From positions 92,409 to 156,408 of the forward strand of contig CACZUD010000002.1 of NCBI GenBank assembly GCA_902784345.1: 64,000 bases of DNA, written 5' to 3'. The position numbers were made by a program, and so were the translations under genes. The notes under the pieces are model-generated. The model did not search any database. It saw only the letters and a program-made list of their open reading frames with translations, and was not told the origin of the DNA. Source of the DNA: an uncultured Pseudomonadota bacterium. Its GTDB lineage: Bacteria; Pseudomonadota; Alphaproteobacteria; Rs-D84. How positions within the stretch are numbered: position 1 is the first letter of the stretch; the number at the start of each line of letters is the position of its first letter. Shown here in pieces: positions 39,315 through 48,890 of the stretch.

Positions 39315-40895
39315 TCATTCTTTACGATTTGGATATTTACCATCAATCAAATTCTTTCGCACCAAATGGTGTTTGATTTTTTGTGTACTGGTCATTGGCA
39401 AATCTTCAGTTGTCATTGCAAAATGCGTTACCCATTTATATGAAGCAACTTTTTTATTTTGTTCTGCGATACCTTTGGCAAGTTTATCCATGGTCATATC
39501 TTTATCGACACTGAATACACCGTACGCAACCGTTTTGTCCCCTACTTTGTGTTCAAATACTGCGACATTTTTAACACCTTCGATTTCCATGAAAAGAGCT
39601 TCTAATTCATCGGGATAAACATTTTTACCACTGTCCAAAACAATCACTTGTTTTTTACGTCCGGCAAAATGCAATTCACCATTTTTATCCATGTACATCA
39701 TATCGCCAGTATTAAACCAACCGTCTTGGTCAAAAACTTCTGCATTAACTTCATCGTTATTCATGTATCCTTCGAACACTTGATGTCCACGGACCCACAA
39801 CACGCCAACACCATTTTCATCTTTATCACGAATTTCACATTCGTTATTAGATGTTGGTGCACCGACTGAATAAGCCAATCTTTTATTCGTTGGTTTAGAA
39901 ATACAGATTGGTCCAACAGTTTCTGTCAAACCATAGCCCTGAATAAACGCCATACCAAGTGATTCATAGAAATTTTCAACCTCTGGCTTTGTTGCAGCGC
40001 CACCAGCAATTAACAGTTTTGCACGACCACCGAACACTTCCAAAATAGGTTCTTGAACTTTACGAACAAAGAAATCAAGTCCCATATCTTTCAAAGTTTT
40101 TTGGTTTCTTAAAATAAATGATGCAACACGCCATTTGCCTTGTTCTTTCATTGTGTTCATAATCTTATTACGGAACAATTCCCAAACACGCGGCACCGCA
40201 GGAATTACATGCGGACGGAATTTTTTGAAATCGTCCAAAATGTATTTTGGATTTATTGTTGGTTGTAAAACCAATGATGCCCCGTAATGAACTGTTGCCA
40301 GAACACCGATAGCAAAACCAAAGATGTGATATAACGGCAAGAAACCATACATAACATCACCAGAATGGAAATAATCGGACATGTCTTCCAAAGAATTTGC
40401 ACACTCAACCAAATTAAAGTGTGTCAAAGGAACAACCTTTGGTGTACCGGTTGAACCAGATGTAAACGACATCGTTGCAACATCTGTTGATTCAGATGGA
40501 TATGGACGCAAATCATAATCAATCGCGCCATCTTTTTTGGTTATGTCGTAAAATTTAAATTGTTTTGTTTTGTAAAAGAACGAAGGTTCTGCACAAACAA
40601 ATTTACATCCTGCGATTTCACACATTTTATCATATTCAAGCGGTGTTAAATTAGTATCTAACATCAATACAGTTCCGCCCAAATACCAAACAGCAAACAA
40701 AGTTAACGGAAATTGAGGCAAATTATGAGACAACACCCCAACAACATCGCCATGTTTGATGCCTTGTTTATTAAGTGTTGCGGCACGCGCACGCACTTGT
40801 TCCAAAAACTGCGAATAAGTAATATTTTCACGAACCAAAAACAAATTTTCCGGCCATTGATTCACAGCATTTTCTAATTTTTGATACATATTCAT
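39315..40895 (-). CDS. AMP-forming long-chain acyl-CoA/acyl-ACP synthetase family protein, paralog 1
   Basis: Adenylation motifs TSGSTGTPKVV, GYGLTET, WFNTGD and GRKKQVIVLDSGKNVYPDELE. Confidence 0.9.
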   Translation of the reverse strand: MNMYQKLENAVNQWPENLFLVRENITYSQFLEQVRARAATLNKQGIKHGDVVGVLSHNLPQFPLTLFAVWYLGGTVLMLDTNLTPLEYDKMCEIAGCKFVCAEPSFFYKTKQFKFYDITKKDGAIDYDLRPYPSESTDVATMSFTSGSTGTPKVVPLTHFNLVECANSLEDMSDYFHSGDVMYGFLPLYHIFGFAIGVLATVHYGASLVLQPTINPKYILDDFKKFRPHVIPAVPRVWELFRNKIMNTMKEQGKWRVASFILRNQKTLKDMGLDFFVRKVQEPILEVFGGRAKLLIAGGAATKPEVENFYESLGMAFIQGYGLTETVGPICISKPTNKRLAYSVGAPTSNNECEIRDKDENGVGVLWVRGHQVFEGYMNNDEVNAEVFDQDGWFNTGDMMYMDKNGELHFAGRKKQVIVLDSGKNVYPDELEALFMEIEGVKNVAVFEHKVGDKTVAYGVFSVDKDMTMDKLAKGIAEQNKKVASYKWVTHFAMTTEDLPMTSTQKIKHHLVRKNLIDGKYPNRKE

Positions 40896-40929
40896 AATAC
40901 AATCCCTTTACTATCTTTTTGTACCTTTA

Positions 40930-41007
40930 TTCCCTCGCTCGGCACTTGTTGTGCCGGCTACGGGGATAACGCAACGATTTCTCTGCGTTTCACTTGCGAA
41001 ATCTGCT
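40930..41007. repeat. GC-rich palindromic repeat, family B, copy 1 (inside the synthetase operon)
   Basis: ccctcgctcggcacttgttgtgccggc...cgatttctctgcgtttcacttgcgaaatctgctt aligns by eye, at roughly 80 % identity, with the reverse complement of 50862-50946. It contains two hairpins. Confidence 0.7.
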
Positions 41008-41008
41008 T

Positions 41009-42589
41009 TTATTCATGTCTGTCTGTATATTTTCCATCAATCAACCATTGACGAACAACATGATGTTTAATTTTTTGTGTACTGGTCACAGGTAAATCGT
41101 CTGTTGTCATTGCAAAGTGTGTTACCCATTTATACGCCGCAACTTTTTTGTTTGCATTTGCAACAGCCGCCGCCAATTTTTCCATTGTCATATCAGGTTC
41201 AACACTGAACACACCGTATGCAACCGTTTTACCATTTATTTCATGTTCAAATACGGCAACACTTTTTACACCTTCGATTTCGATGAACAAACCTTCCAGT
41301 TCATCAGGATAAACATTTTTACCACTGTCCAAAACAATCACTTGTTTTTTACGCCCAGCAAAATGCAATTCACCATTTTTATCCTGCCATACTAAATCGC
41401 CAGTACAGAACCAACCTTCTTTATCAAAAGATTCTTTGTTGGCTTCGACATTATTCGCATATCCACCAAATATTTGATTTCCACGAACCCAAAGCATACC
41501 GATGCCAGATTCGTCTTTGTTGCGAATTTGAATTTCTGTATCACCCATTGGCGCACCAAACGCATACGCAACACGTTTTTTCAACGGTCTTGAACAACAG
41601 ATTGGCCCAACAGTTTCTGTCATACCATATCCCTGTACAAAAGCCATACCGAGCTGTGTATAGAATTTTTCCACTTCTGGTTTTGTAGCAGCGCCACCGG
41701 CAACCAACAATCTTGCACGACCGCCAAAGACAGAACGAATTTGATTCAATACTTTATTAACCAATTTGCCCAATCCCATCATGCGCAACATTTTTTGATT
41801 GTTCATAATGAAAGATACCAGCCACCATTTCTTTTTGGCTTTTACACCTTCGATAATCTTTTTACGGAATATTTCCCATAACTTTGGCACAGCAGGTATA
41901 ACCTGTGGCTTATATTGTGCAAAGTCCGCCATAATCGCATTTGGATTAATTGTAGATTGCAACAATATTCCCATACCAAAATGAAGTGGTGCCAAGAACC
42001 CAACAGCAAACCCAAACACATGGTACAATGGTAAAAATGCATAGAACATTTCACCTGGTTTTAACCATTGATTCAAATATTCCAAATTGTCAGAACAAGA
42101 AACCAAATTAAAGTGTGTTAACGGCACAACCTTTGGCGTTCCTGTTGATCCAGAAGTAAAAGACAAAGTCGCAATATCAGTATCTTTTAACGGGTATGGC
42201 TTCAAAGATTTATCTGTGTTTTCATCTTTTGTTTCTATATCAAAGAATTTAAAATTCTTGGTATCAAAAAAGAAAGATTTTTCAGCACACACAAATTTGC
42301 ATTCTGTTATTTTTGCCATGTTGTCATATTCAGCAGATGCCAAATTTGTATCCAACAACAAAACCGTTCCGCCCAAATACCATATAGCAAACATAGTTAT
42401 TGGAAACTGTGGTAAATTGTGCGACAAAACACCAACCACATCGCCCGCTTTTACCCCCGCATCACGCAAAGTAGTTGCACGCGCTTTCACTAAACCAACA
42501 AAGTCCCTAAAGTTTACATTTTCACGAACCAAAAACACAGTTTCTGGATTTCTTTCTACATTTTTTTCCAACAATTGATACATATTCAT
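41009..42589 (-). CDS. AMP-forming long-chain acyl-CoA/acyl-ACP synthetase family protein, paralog 2
   Basis: Same motif set (TSGSTGTPKVV, GYGMTET, WFCTGD, GRKKQVIVLDSGKNVYPDELE). Collinear with paralogs 1 and 3. Confidence 0.9.
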   Translation of the reverse strand: MNMYQLLEKNVERNPETVFLVRENVNFRDFVGLVKARATTLRDAGVKAGDVVGVLSHNLPQFPITMFAIWYLGGTVLLLDTNLASAEYDNMAKITECKFVCAEKSFFFDTKNFKFFDIETKDENTDKSLKPYPLKDTDIATLSFTSGSTGTPKVVPLTHFNLVSCSDNLEYLNQWLKPGEMFYAFLPLYHVFGFAVGFLAPLHFGMGILLQSTINPNAIMADFAQYKPQVIPAVPKLWEIFRKKIIEGVKAKKKWWLVSFIMNNQKMLRMMGLGKLVNKVLNQIRSVFGGRARLLVAGGAATKPEVEKFYTQLGMAFVQGYGMTETVGPICCSRPLKKRVAYAFGAPMGDTEIQIRNKDESGIGMLWVRGNQIFGGYANNVEANKESFDKEGWFCTGDLVWQDKNGELHFAGRKKQVIVLDSGKNVYPDELEGLFIEIEGVKSVAVFEHEINGKTVAYGVFSVEPDMTMEKLAAAVANANKKVAAYKWVTHFAMTTDDLPVTSTQKIKHHVVRQWLIDGKYTDRHE

Positions 42590-42600
42590 AATTACTTTCC

Positions 42601-44193
42601 TTATCTTAATATATTTTCTGTATTATTTGGGTATTTACCATCGATTAAATTCTGACGAACCATATGATGCTTTACCTTTTGCGTACTTGTAACAGGTAAA
42701 TCTTCCGTAGTCATTGCAAAATGGGTTACCCATTTGTATGGCGCAACCTTGCGGTTTGCCAACGCAATCTGTGCCCCCAATTTGATAAGCGTTGTCCCTT
42801 TTTCAACCTGCAATACGGCATAAGTTACGGTCTTGTCTTTAATCTTATGTTCAAAGACTGCAACATTTTTAACACCATCGATTTCCATAAACAGTGCTTC
42901 CAATTCATCAGGATAAACATTTTTACCACTGTCCAAAACAATAACTTGTTTTTTACGTCCGGCAAAATGGTATTGTTTATATTTATCCATATACACCAAA
43001 TCACCTGTGTTAAACCAACCATCTTTATCAAAAGATTCTTTGTTGGCTTCTTTATTATTCAAATAACCTTTGAAAATATTAGGTCCACGAACCCACAGCG
43101 TTCCGATACCTTTTTCATCAGCATCACGAATTGTACATTCAGAACAACCAATTGGTGTACCAAAGGCAAACGGAACACGATGTTTCGAAGGTCTTGAACA
43201 ACAAAACGGGCCGACCGTTTCTGTCATTCCGTATCCTTGAATAAAAGTTATGCCCAGTGATTCATAGAATTTTTCAATCTCTGGTTTGGTCGCAGCACCC
43301 CCAGCAATCATCAAATTCACACGTCCACCAAAGATATCACGCAATGGCTTTTGAACTTTTTTGACCAGTTTGCCCAATCCGATTGCGCGCAGGAATTTTT
43401 GATGACGCAAAACAAAAGACACAAGCCACCACATACGCTTTTCTTTGACGCCTTCGATAATCTTGTTACGAAAAACTTCGTAAAGACGTGGCACCGCAGG
43501 AATACAATGTGGTTTATATACTTTGAAGTCTTCCAAAATATTGCGCGGATTAACAGTTGGCTGCAGCAATATTCCCATATGGAAATACATAGGTGCCAAA
43601 ATTCCTGCTGCAAAACCAAATATGTGATACAGCGGTAAAAATCCATACATAATTTCATTTTTATGAATCCACTTGTCCATATCGGCATAACAATCAGAAG
43701 AATATTTCAAATTACCATGCGTTAACGGCACAACCTTTGGATTGCCTGTTGATCCAGATGTGAAAGACAGTGTTGCGATATCCCCTGCATCTAATTTTGC
43801 AGGCTTTAATTTATCATCAGCCTTTTCATCTGGTGTTTGTATATCAAAGAACTTAAAACCTTTCGCCTTATAGAAAAAAGATTTTTCAGCACACACAAAC
43901 TTGCACCCAACTGTTTTGGTCATATTATCGTATTCAAATTCTGTTAAATTTGTATCCAACAAAAGAACCGTACCACCCAAATACCATATTGCGAAAAGAG
44001 TCAACGGAAATTCCGGAATATTATGGGATAATAAACCAACTACATCTCCGGCTTTCACGCCTGCCTTGTGCAAAGTAGTTGCACGCGCGTGAATCATTGA
44101 CAAAGCTTTCTTGAAAGTTATTTTTTCGCGTACCAGATAGAAAGCATCTGGCGATTCTTTCGCCACTTGCTTGAACACTTGATACATATTCAT
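42601..44193 (-). CDS. AMP-forming long-chain acyl-CoA/acyl-ACP synthetase family protein, paralog 3
   Basis: TSGSTGNPKVV, GYGMTET, WFNTGD and the GRKKQVIVLDSGKNVYPDELE motif. The stop TAA is followed by GGAAAG and the paralog-2 ATG 11 nt later. Confidence 0.9.
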   Translation of the reverse strand: MNMYQVFKQVAKESPDAFYLVREKITFKKALSMIHARATTLHKAGVKAGDVVGLLSHNIPEFPLTLFAIWYLGGTVLLLDTNLTEFEYDNMTKTVGCKFVCAEKSFFYKAKGFKFFDIQTPDEKADDKLKPAKLDAGDIATLSFTSGSTGNPKVVPLTHGNLKYSSDCYADMDKWIHKNEIMYGFLPLYHIFGFAAGILAPMYFHMGILLQPTVNPRNILEDFKVYKPHCIPAVPRLYEVFRNKIIEGVKEKRMWWLVSFVLRHQKFLRAIGLGKLVKKVQKPLRDIFGGRVNLMIAGGAATKPEIEKFYESLGITFIQGYGMTETVGPFCCSRPSKHRVPFAFGTPIGCSECTIRDADEKGIGTLWVRGPNIFKGYLNNKEANKESFDKDGWFNTGDLVYMDKYKQYHFAGRKKQVIVLDSGKNVYPDELEALFMEIDGVKNVAVFEHKIKDKTVTYAVLQVEKGTTLIKLGAQIALANRKVAPYKWVTHFAMTTEDLPVTSTQKVKHHMVRQNLIDGKYPNNTENILR

Positions 44194-44263
44194 AACATAA
44201 AATCCTTGTTGTTTTTATATTGGACATCGTGTATTATAGTACCAGAAAAAAAAGATTGCAATT

Positions 44264-45037
44264 ATGAAAATACTGACGATAAATATCAACTCTATTCGCG
44301 CCCATATCGAAAGTTTTATGGATATTTTGCGCAGAGCCGAATACGACACAGTCCTTGTTCAAGAATTAAAGGTAGAAAATGCCAATTTTCCACACAATTT
44401 ATTGGACGAATATGGATATAACATAAAGGTTTTTGGTCAAAAATCTTGGAACGGCGTTGCAACATTTTCTAAATATTCTATTGAAGATGTAACACTTGGC
44501 ATGCCAAATTACGCAGACATAAACTCTCGTTTTCTGGAAAGTGTAATCGATGGTCGCGTTCGCCTGATAAATGTGTATATGCCGAACGGAGATTGCATTG
44601 AATCACCAAAGTTTCCATATAAATTGGAATGGATGCGTGCTTTTACGCAATATATATCACAATACATCGACAGTGAAGAACCTGTTATTATCGCCGGTGA
44701 TTTTAATGTTGCAATTACTGATAAAGATATATGGAACCCCAAAAATTATGTCGGTTCGTCTATATCTGCACCAGATGCACGTGCCATTATGCAACAATGG
44801 TTAAATGCCGGTTGGACTGATGCATGGAGATACTTACACCCAGACGATACAGGTTATACATGGTACGGTTATCGTGGACGTGATACGGTCGGAAACAACC
44901 AAGGCCTGCGTCTTGACTATTTCCTTTGTAACAAAACCGCAATAAAAATGGTTAAAAATTGTGAAATAGATATGGAACCACGTTTGGCAAACAAACCAAC
45001 AGACCATTGTGGTTTAATGTTGGAAATCAAAGATTAA
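44264..45037 (+). CDS. xthA: exodeoxyribonuclease III
   Basis: EEP-fold signatures: MKILTININSIRA, LVQELK, GDFNVA and the C-terminal SDHCG-type DHCGL. Confidence 0.9.
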   Translation: MKILTININSIRAHIESFMDILRRAEYDTVLVQELKVENANFPHNLLDEYGYNIKVFGQKSWNGVATFSKYSIEDVTLGMPNYADINSRFLESVIDGRVRLINVYMPNGDCIESPKFPYKLEWMRAFTQYISQYIDSEEPVIIAGDFNVAITDKDIWNPKNYVGSSISAPDARAIMQQWLNAGWTDAWRYLHPDDTGYTWYGYRGRDTVGNNQGLRLDYFLCNKTAIKMVKNCEIDMEPRLANKPTDHCGLMLEIKD

Positions 45038-47512
45038 TCATTAACACGTGCTAAATCATCAAATTCATGATATTTAGCACCGGTTGCTTCACGATATTCA
45101 TATTCTGCAACTTTATCAGTACTGTACTGTCCGAATAATTCACGAACTTTCTGAACGCTGTTTTCAATCATAGATTGTGCAACATCGTCTGTATATTCTA
45201 TCAAATCAGGATTGCCGTTTTTCAGTTGTAAAAATTGTATAACTGGCACAACAGATACATCACGCATTTTAAGTGGAAATCCACCATTTTGCATTATATA
45301 TGCTTCCAACGGTAATTGTGGCATTGTTCCGTCCATTAATTGCTTTTTTGTTGGTGGGGTTCCTGTTTTTATATCCATAACAACACCGTCCCAAATAATA
45401 TCAGCACGCGCCCGAACATTACGTCCCGCAATATTCACAGAACCCAAAACTTCTTTGTATTCAATCGATTTATCTTTGAAAAAGTTTTCAACAAACGGTG
45501 CGATTTCACAAAATCTTTTATGCCAAAAATAGAATAATATTGAATTATCTGGTAAAACTTGCTTTGCACGCGCGTCCATTTCATCTATTAATTTTTGTGC
45601 ATTAAAATCTTTCGCATTTTCAATTACATCATGAACCAAGATTCCAAAATTACGCGCATCAGGCAAAACCCAATAATCGTCTTTTTTGTGCAATCTTAAA
45701 ATATGTTTAACATAAAACGCATACGGGTTATGAATTAATAATTCCAATTCGGTAACAAAAACATCACTTTTATCAATCGGTGGTGTTGGCGGTGAATAAT
45801 CCAGTGGTTCATATTCAACATCATCACGCGCCCGAACGGTCTTCAAAATTTCATCGTCTGTTTGAATATCGCCAACCGCAACACGAACGCGTGATAAAAA
45901 GCGCGATTCTGTTGTTAATGTTCCACCAGACTGTTTTGAACGCAACCAATATACTTCTTTACCACAAGATAAATTCATGAAATCAAGTGCCATCAACGAC
46001 ACCTTGCGATTTGGCGATGGCAAACCTATTTTCTTTGCAACATCACGCGGCAGCCATGCATTTTCATAACCAGTTGCGGGAAACATACCTTCGTTAAGTC
46101 CCGTTAAAATAATAACATCTGCCGTTTGCATACGTGATTCTATGGTTCCCAGAACACAAACTTTGCAATCGTCATTTTTGTTCGGACGAATTGAAACACT
46201 TCCAATTGCATCACTAATAAACGCACGCGCATCAGCAACATTTAACACAATATCGTTTGCTTGCAAAATATCTGCTGTTTCTTTTATAGCGTTCCAAATT
46301 GGAATATCACTTTCATTTTCAATTGTGAAATTTGGCTGAAAATCGTACCCACTTTCAGAATCGACAAACGACACCAGCATATTAAATAAATTATAATTGC
46401 TCTGTTTATAAAGTATTTCAAATTCACTGTTTTTATTTTCACCCCACCAATCAAACAGGTTTAATATCGCACGCCCTAAATCAGTCTGTTCCAGGCAAAC
46501 CAGATGAAAAATCTGCATCAATATTATTATGCAACATCTCTGATTTAATTCGCGTATTTGCCGCGGCATCAGGCGTAATTATTAACACAGATTTATTATC
46601 TTTAACCGCGCGCAAAGCAATTTCTGTTACAACATTTGCTTCTTCACTTTCGCGCGCACACTCTATCAATTTACAATTATTTAATACGTTATTAACATGT
46701 GCGCCGGTATTACCAAAGGCAATATTCATTGTGTCTATTGCACTTTCACCAACATTGATAGTTTGCACATTGTCCGCACTTAATCCCAACCGTTTCAAAA
46801 ATAAATATTCACTATGATAAGGATTTGTATCCAATTCAAAATCTTCTTTTTCGCCAAATATTTTTCCAGACAAAATAATTTTTCCATTTGGCAACTTTGC
46901 CACACTTTCCATTAAATCAGCCGTCGCAGGCACAGATGCAGTTGAACCACAAACAATCACACTGTCATATTTATCTAAATGTTTTTTCCATGCGCGAATA
47001 TCCTGATTTCTTTTTTGAGTCGTTGTTAATCTGTCATTTGGTAATTGTTTTAAGATATCCAGTATACGCGCTTTGTTTTGAAAGTGTGTTGCGTACTTTT
47101 CGTCTATTATTTCCGCCCAATCTATATCGGAAATTTGCACACCTTCATTTTCCATATAATCTTGCATACGGATAAAATCTTGTGCCAGGGTCAATGCGGT
47201 TGCAATATTTCTTACATTTGCGTCCATTGACAAAAGACGCGCCAAAATAATAATTCTTTCACGATTTGAAATTGTGTCGGAAAAATTTTCTTCTTCATCT
47301 TCTGCGCCTTCGCCCAGTGGAACAAGGTTCGGCAAAACAACAGCGTGCCCTATTTTTTCAACAATAAATCTTTCCACGCTTCTTATCGCGCGACGCGAAG
47401 GCAAAAAAATTAAAACACGTGAAAAATCGTCGCCATATTGCGCAATTTGCCCCCACAGCGCATCCAACATACGCATTGGATTTGAAACATTAAAGATATT
47501 GTTATTTGACAC
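45034..47512 (-). pseudogene. addB: alphaproteobacterial-type AddB (double-strand break repair), split by a frameshift near 46481-46569
   Basis: The N-terminal ORF 46481-47512 (LIFLPSRRAIRSVERF...) ends ...SSGLPGTD*. The C-terminal ORF continues in another frame with ...LEQTDLGRAILNLFDWW and carries a RecB-type nuclease motif (ADIIWDGVVMDIKTG). No addA is adjacent. Confidence 0.65.
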
Positions 47513-48056
47513 CGATAATATCTCTTAATTCGTCCAAGCCAAATTTCTTTTCTGCCGAAGTTTCCAAAACATTTTCCACCATCGCAGGATGATTTTCATG
47601 TGATAATTTTAACTGTTCACTTTCACGAACTTTTTTATCTTTCTTGGTATAAACAATTTGATAACAGATTCCGTTTTTATCGCAAAAATCCATCAAATCC
47701 AGATCAGAATCTTTTGGTCCAATACGCGAATCAATCAACACAAACAATCGACGAAGTTGCGAACGATTTAACAAATATTCTTCCAATCTTTCAAGCCAAT
47801 GCAAAGCCTCTACTTTTGATACACGCGCAAAACCATATCCTGGCAAATCAACAATCATGGATTTATCGTCCATATTAAACAAATTCAAACTTTGCGTACG
47901 ACCCGGCGTATTAGAAGTCCGGGCAATCTTTTCCCCAACGATAGCATTTATCAGTGAAGATTTACCAACATTACTGCGCCCCACAAATGCATATTCTGCG
48001 AATTGTGTATTTGGCAGTGATTTTACAGTTTCAAAAGACCCGACAAATTTTATCAT
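47502..48056 (-). CDS. engB: ribosome biogenesis GTPase YihA/EngB
   Basis: GRSNVGKSSLIN G1 motif and DLPGYGFA. The start shares one base with the rsmI stop (TAATG). Confidence 0.9.
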   Translation of the reverse strand: MIKFVGSFETVKSLPNTQFAEYAFVGRSNVGKSSLINAIVGEKIARTSNTPGRTQSLNLFNMDDKSMIVDLPGYGFARVSKVEALHWLERLEEYLLNRSQLRRLFVLIDSRIGPKDSDLDLMDFCDKNGICYQIVYTKKDKKVRESEQLKLSHENHPAMVENVLETSAEKKFGLDELRDIIGVK

Positions 48057-48841
48057 TATTTATTCACCAATTTTTTATATGCTTCTTTCTTTGATATGCC
48101 TGCACGTGCAGCAAGCTGTGCCGCCGCAGATTTAGTAGAATTCGATACAATATCATTAACGATTTCACTTATTTCGTCATCTGTCATTTTTTTATCAGGC
48201 GCAGGTTCAACAACAATAACTATTTCCCCGCGTGGTGCTTCTATATTTACCAAATCAGCCGGATAACCGATAATAGTTTCTTCGTGAATCTTTGTAATTT
48301 CACGAACGATTGCTATTCTGCGTTCTGGCATAACAGTTGCCAAAGTTTTTATCGTATCCATTATGCGATTTGGGCTTTCGTAATAAATAATAGTGTGGCG
48401 AATTTTATTATCTTCGCGAACCTTTTTTTCATCAAAGAAACCACAGAAAGTAAATCTGTCTGTTGGAAAACCAGATAACACCAGCGCAGATATCACCGCT
48501 GTTGCCCCAGGCACAACGAACACCGGAACACCTGCCGCACGCGCCGCACGTACCAAGCGGAACCCAGGATCGCTTATCCCAGGCATACCAGCATCAGACA
48601 CTGTTGCAATCGCCATACCATTTAAGATTTTTTCAACCAAAGAATCTACAACTTCGCGTTCATTATGTTCATGACACGATACAGTTTTCGTTTTTATATC
48701 AAAATGATGCGCCAATTTAGCAAACACGCGTGTATCTTCTGCGGCAATTAAATCGACAGACTTTAAAACCTCTACCGCGCGTGGCGACATATCAGACAAA
48801 TTTCCAATTGGCGTTCCAACAACATAAAGCCCTGATTGCAT
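48056..48841 (-). CDS. rsmI: 16S rRNA (cytidine1402-2'-O)-methyltransferase RsmI
   Basis: Tetrapyrrole-methylase fold: LYVVGTPIGNLSD, SDAGMPGISDPG and a C-terminal helical tail. The start is taken at MQSGLYVV. Confidence 0.9.
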   Translation of the reverse strand: MQSGLYVVGTPIGNLSDMSPRAVEVLKSVDLIAAEDTRVFAKLAHHFDIKTKTVSCHEHNEREVVDSLVEKILNGMAIATVSDAGMPGISDPGFRLVRAARAAGVPVFVVPGATAVISALVLSGFPTDRFTFCGFFDEKKVREDNKIRHTIIYYESPNRIMDTIKTLATVMPERRIAIVREITKIHEETIIGYPADLVNIEAPRGEIVIVVEPAPDKKMTDDEISEIVNDIVSNSTKSAAAQLAARAGISKKEAYKKLVNK

Positions 48842-48890
48842 TTTAAATCCTTTTATAGTAGAATGATACATATAAAAAGTAGGATTTTCA

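Noticed and set aside
42087-43197. Plus-strand ORFs of 163 and 158 aa inside the synthetase paralogs
   Set aside because: They are antisense shadows of clearly motif-bearing AMP-ligase genes.
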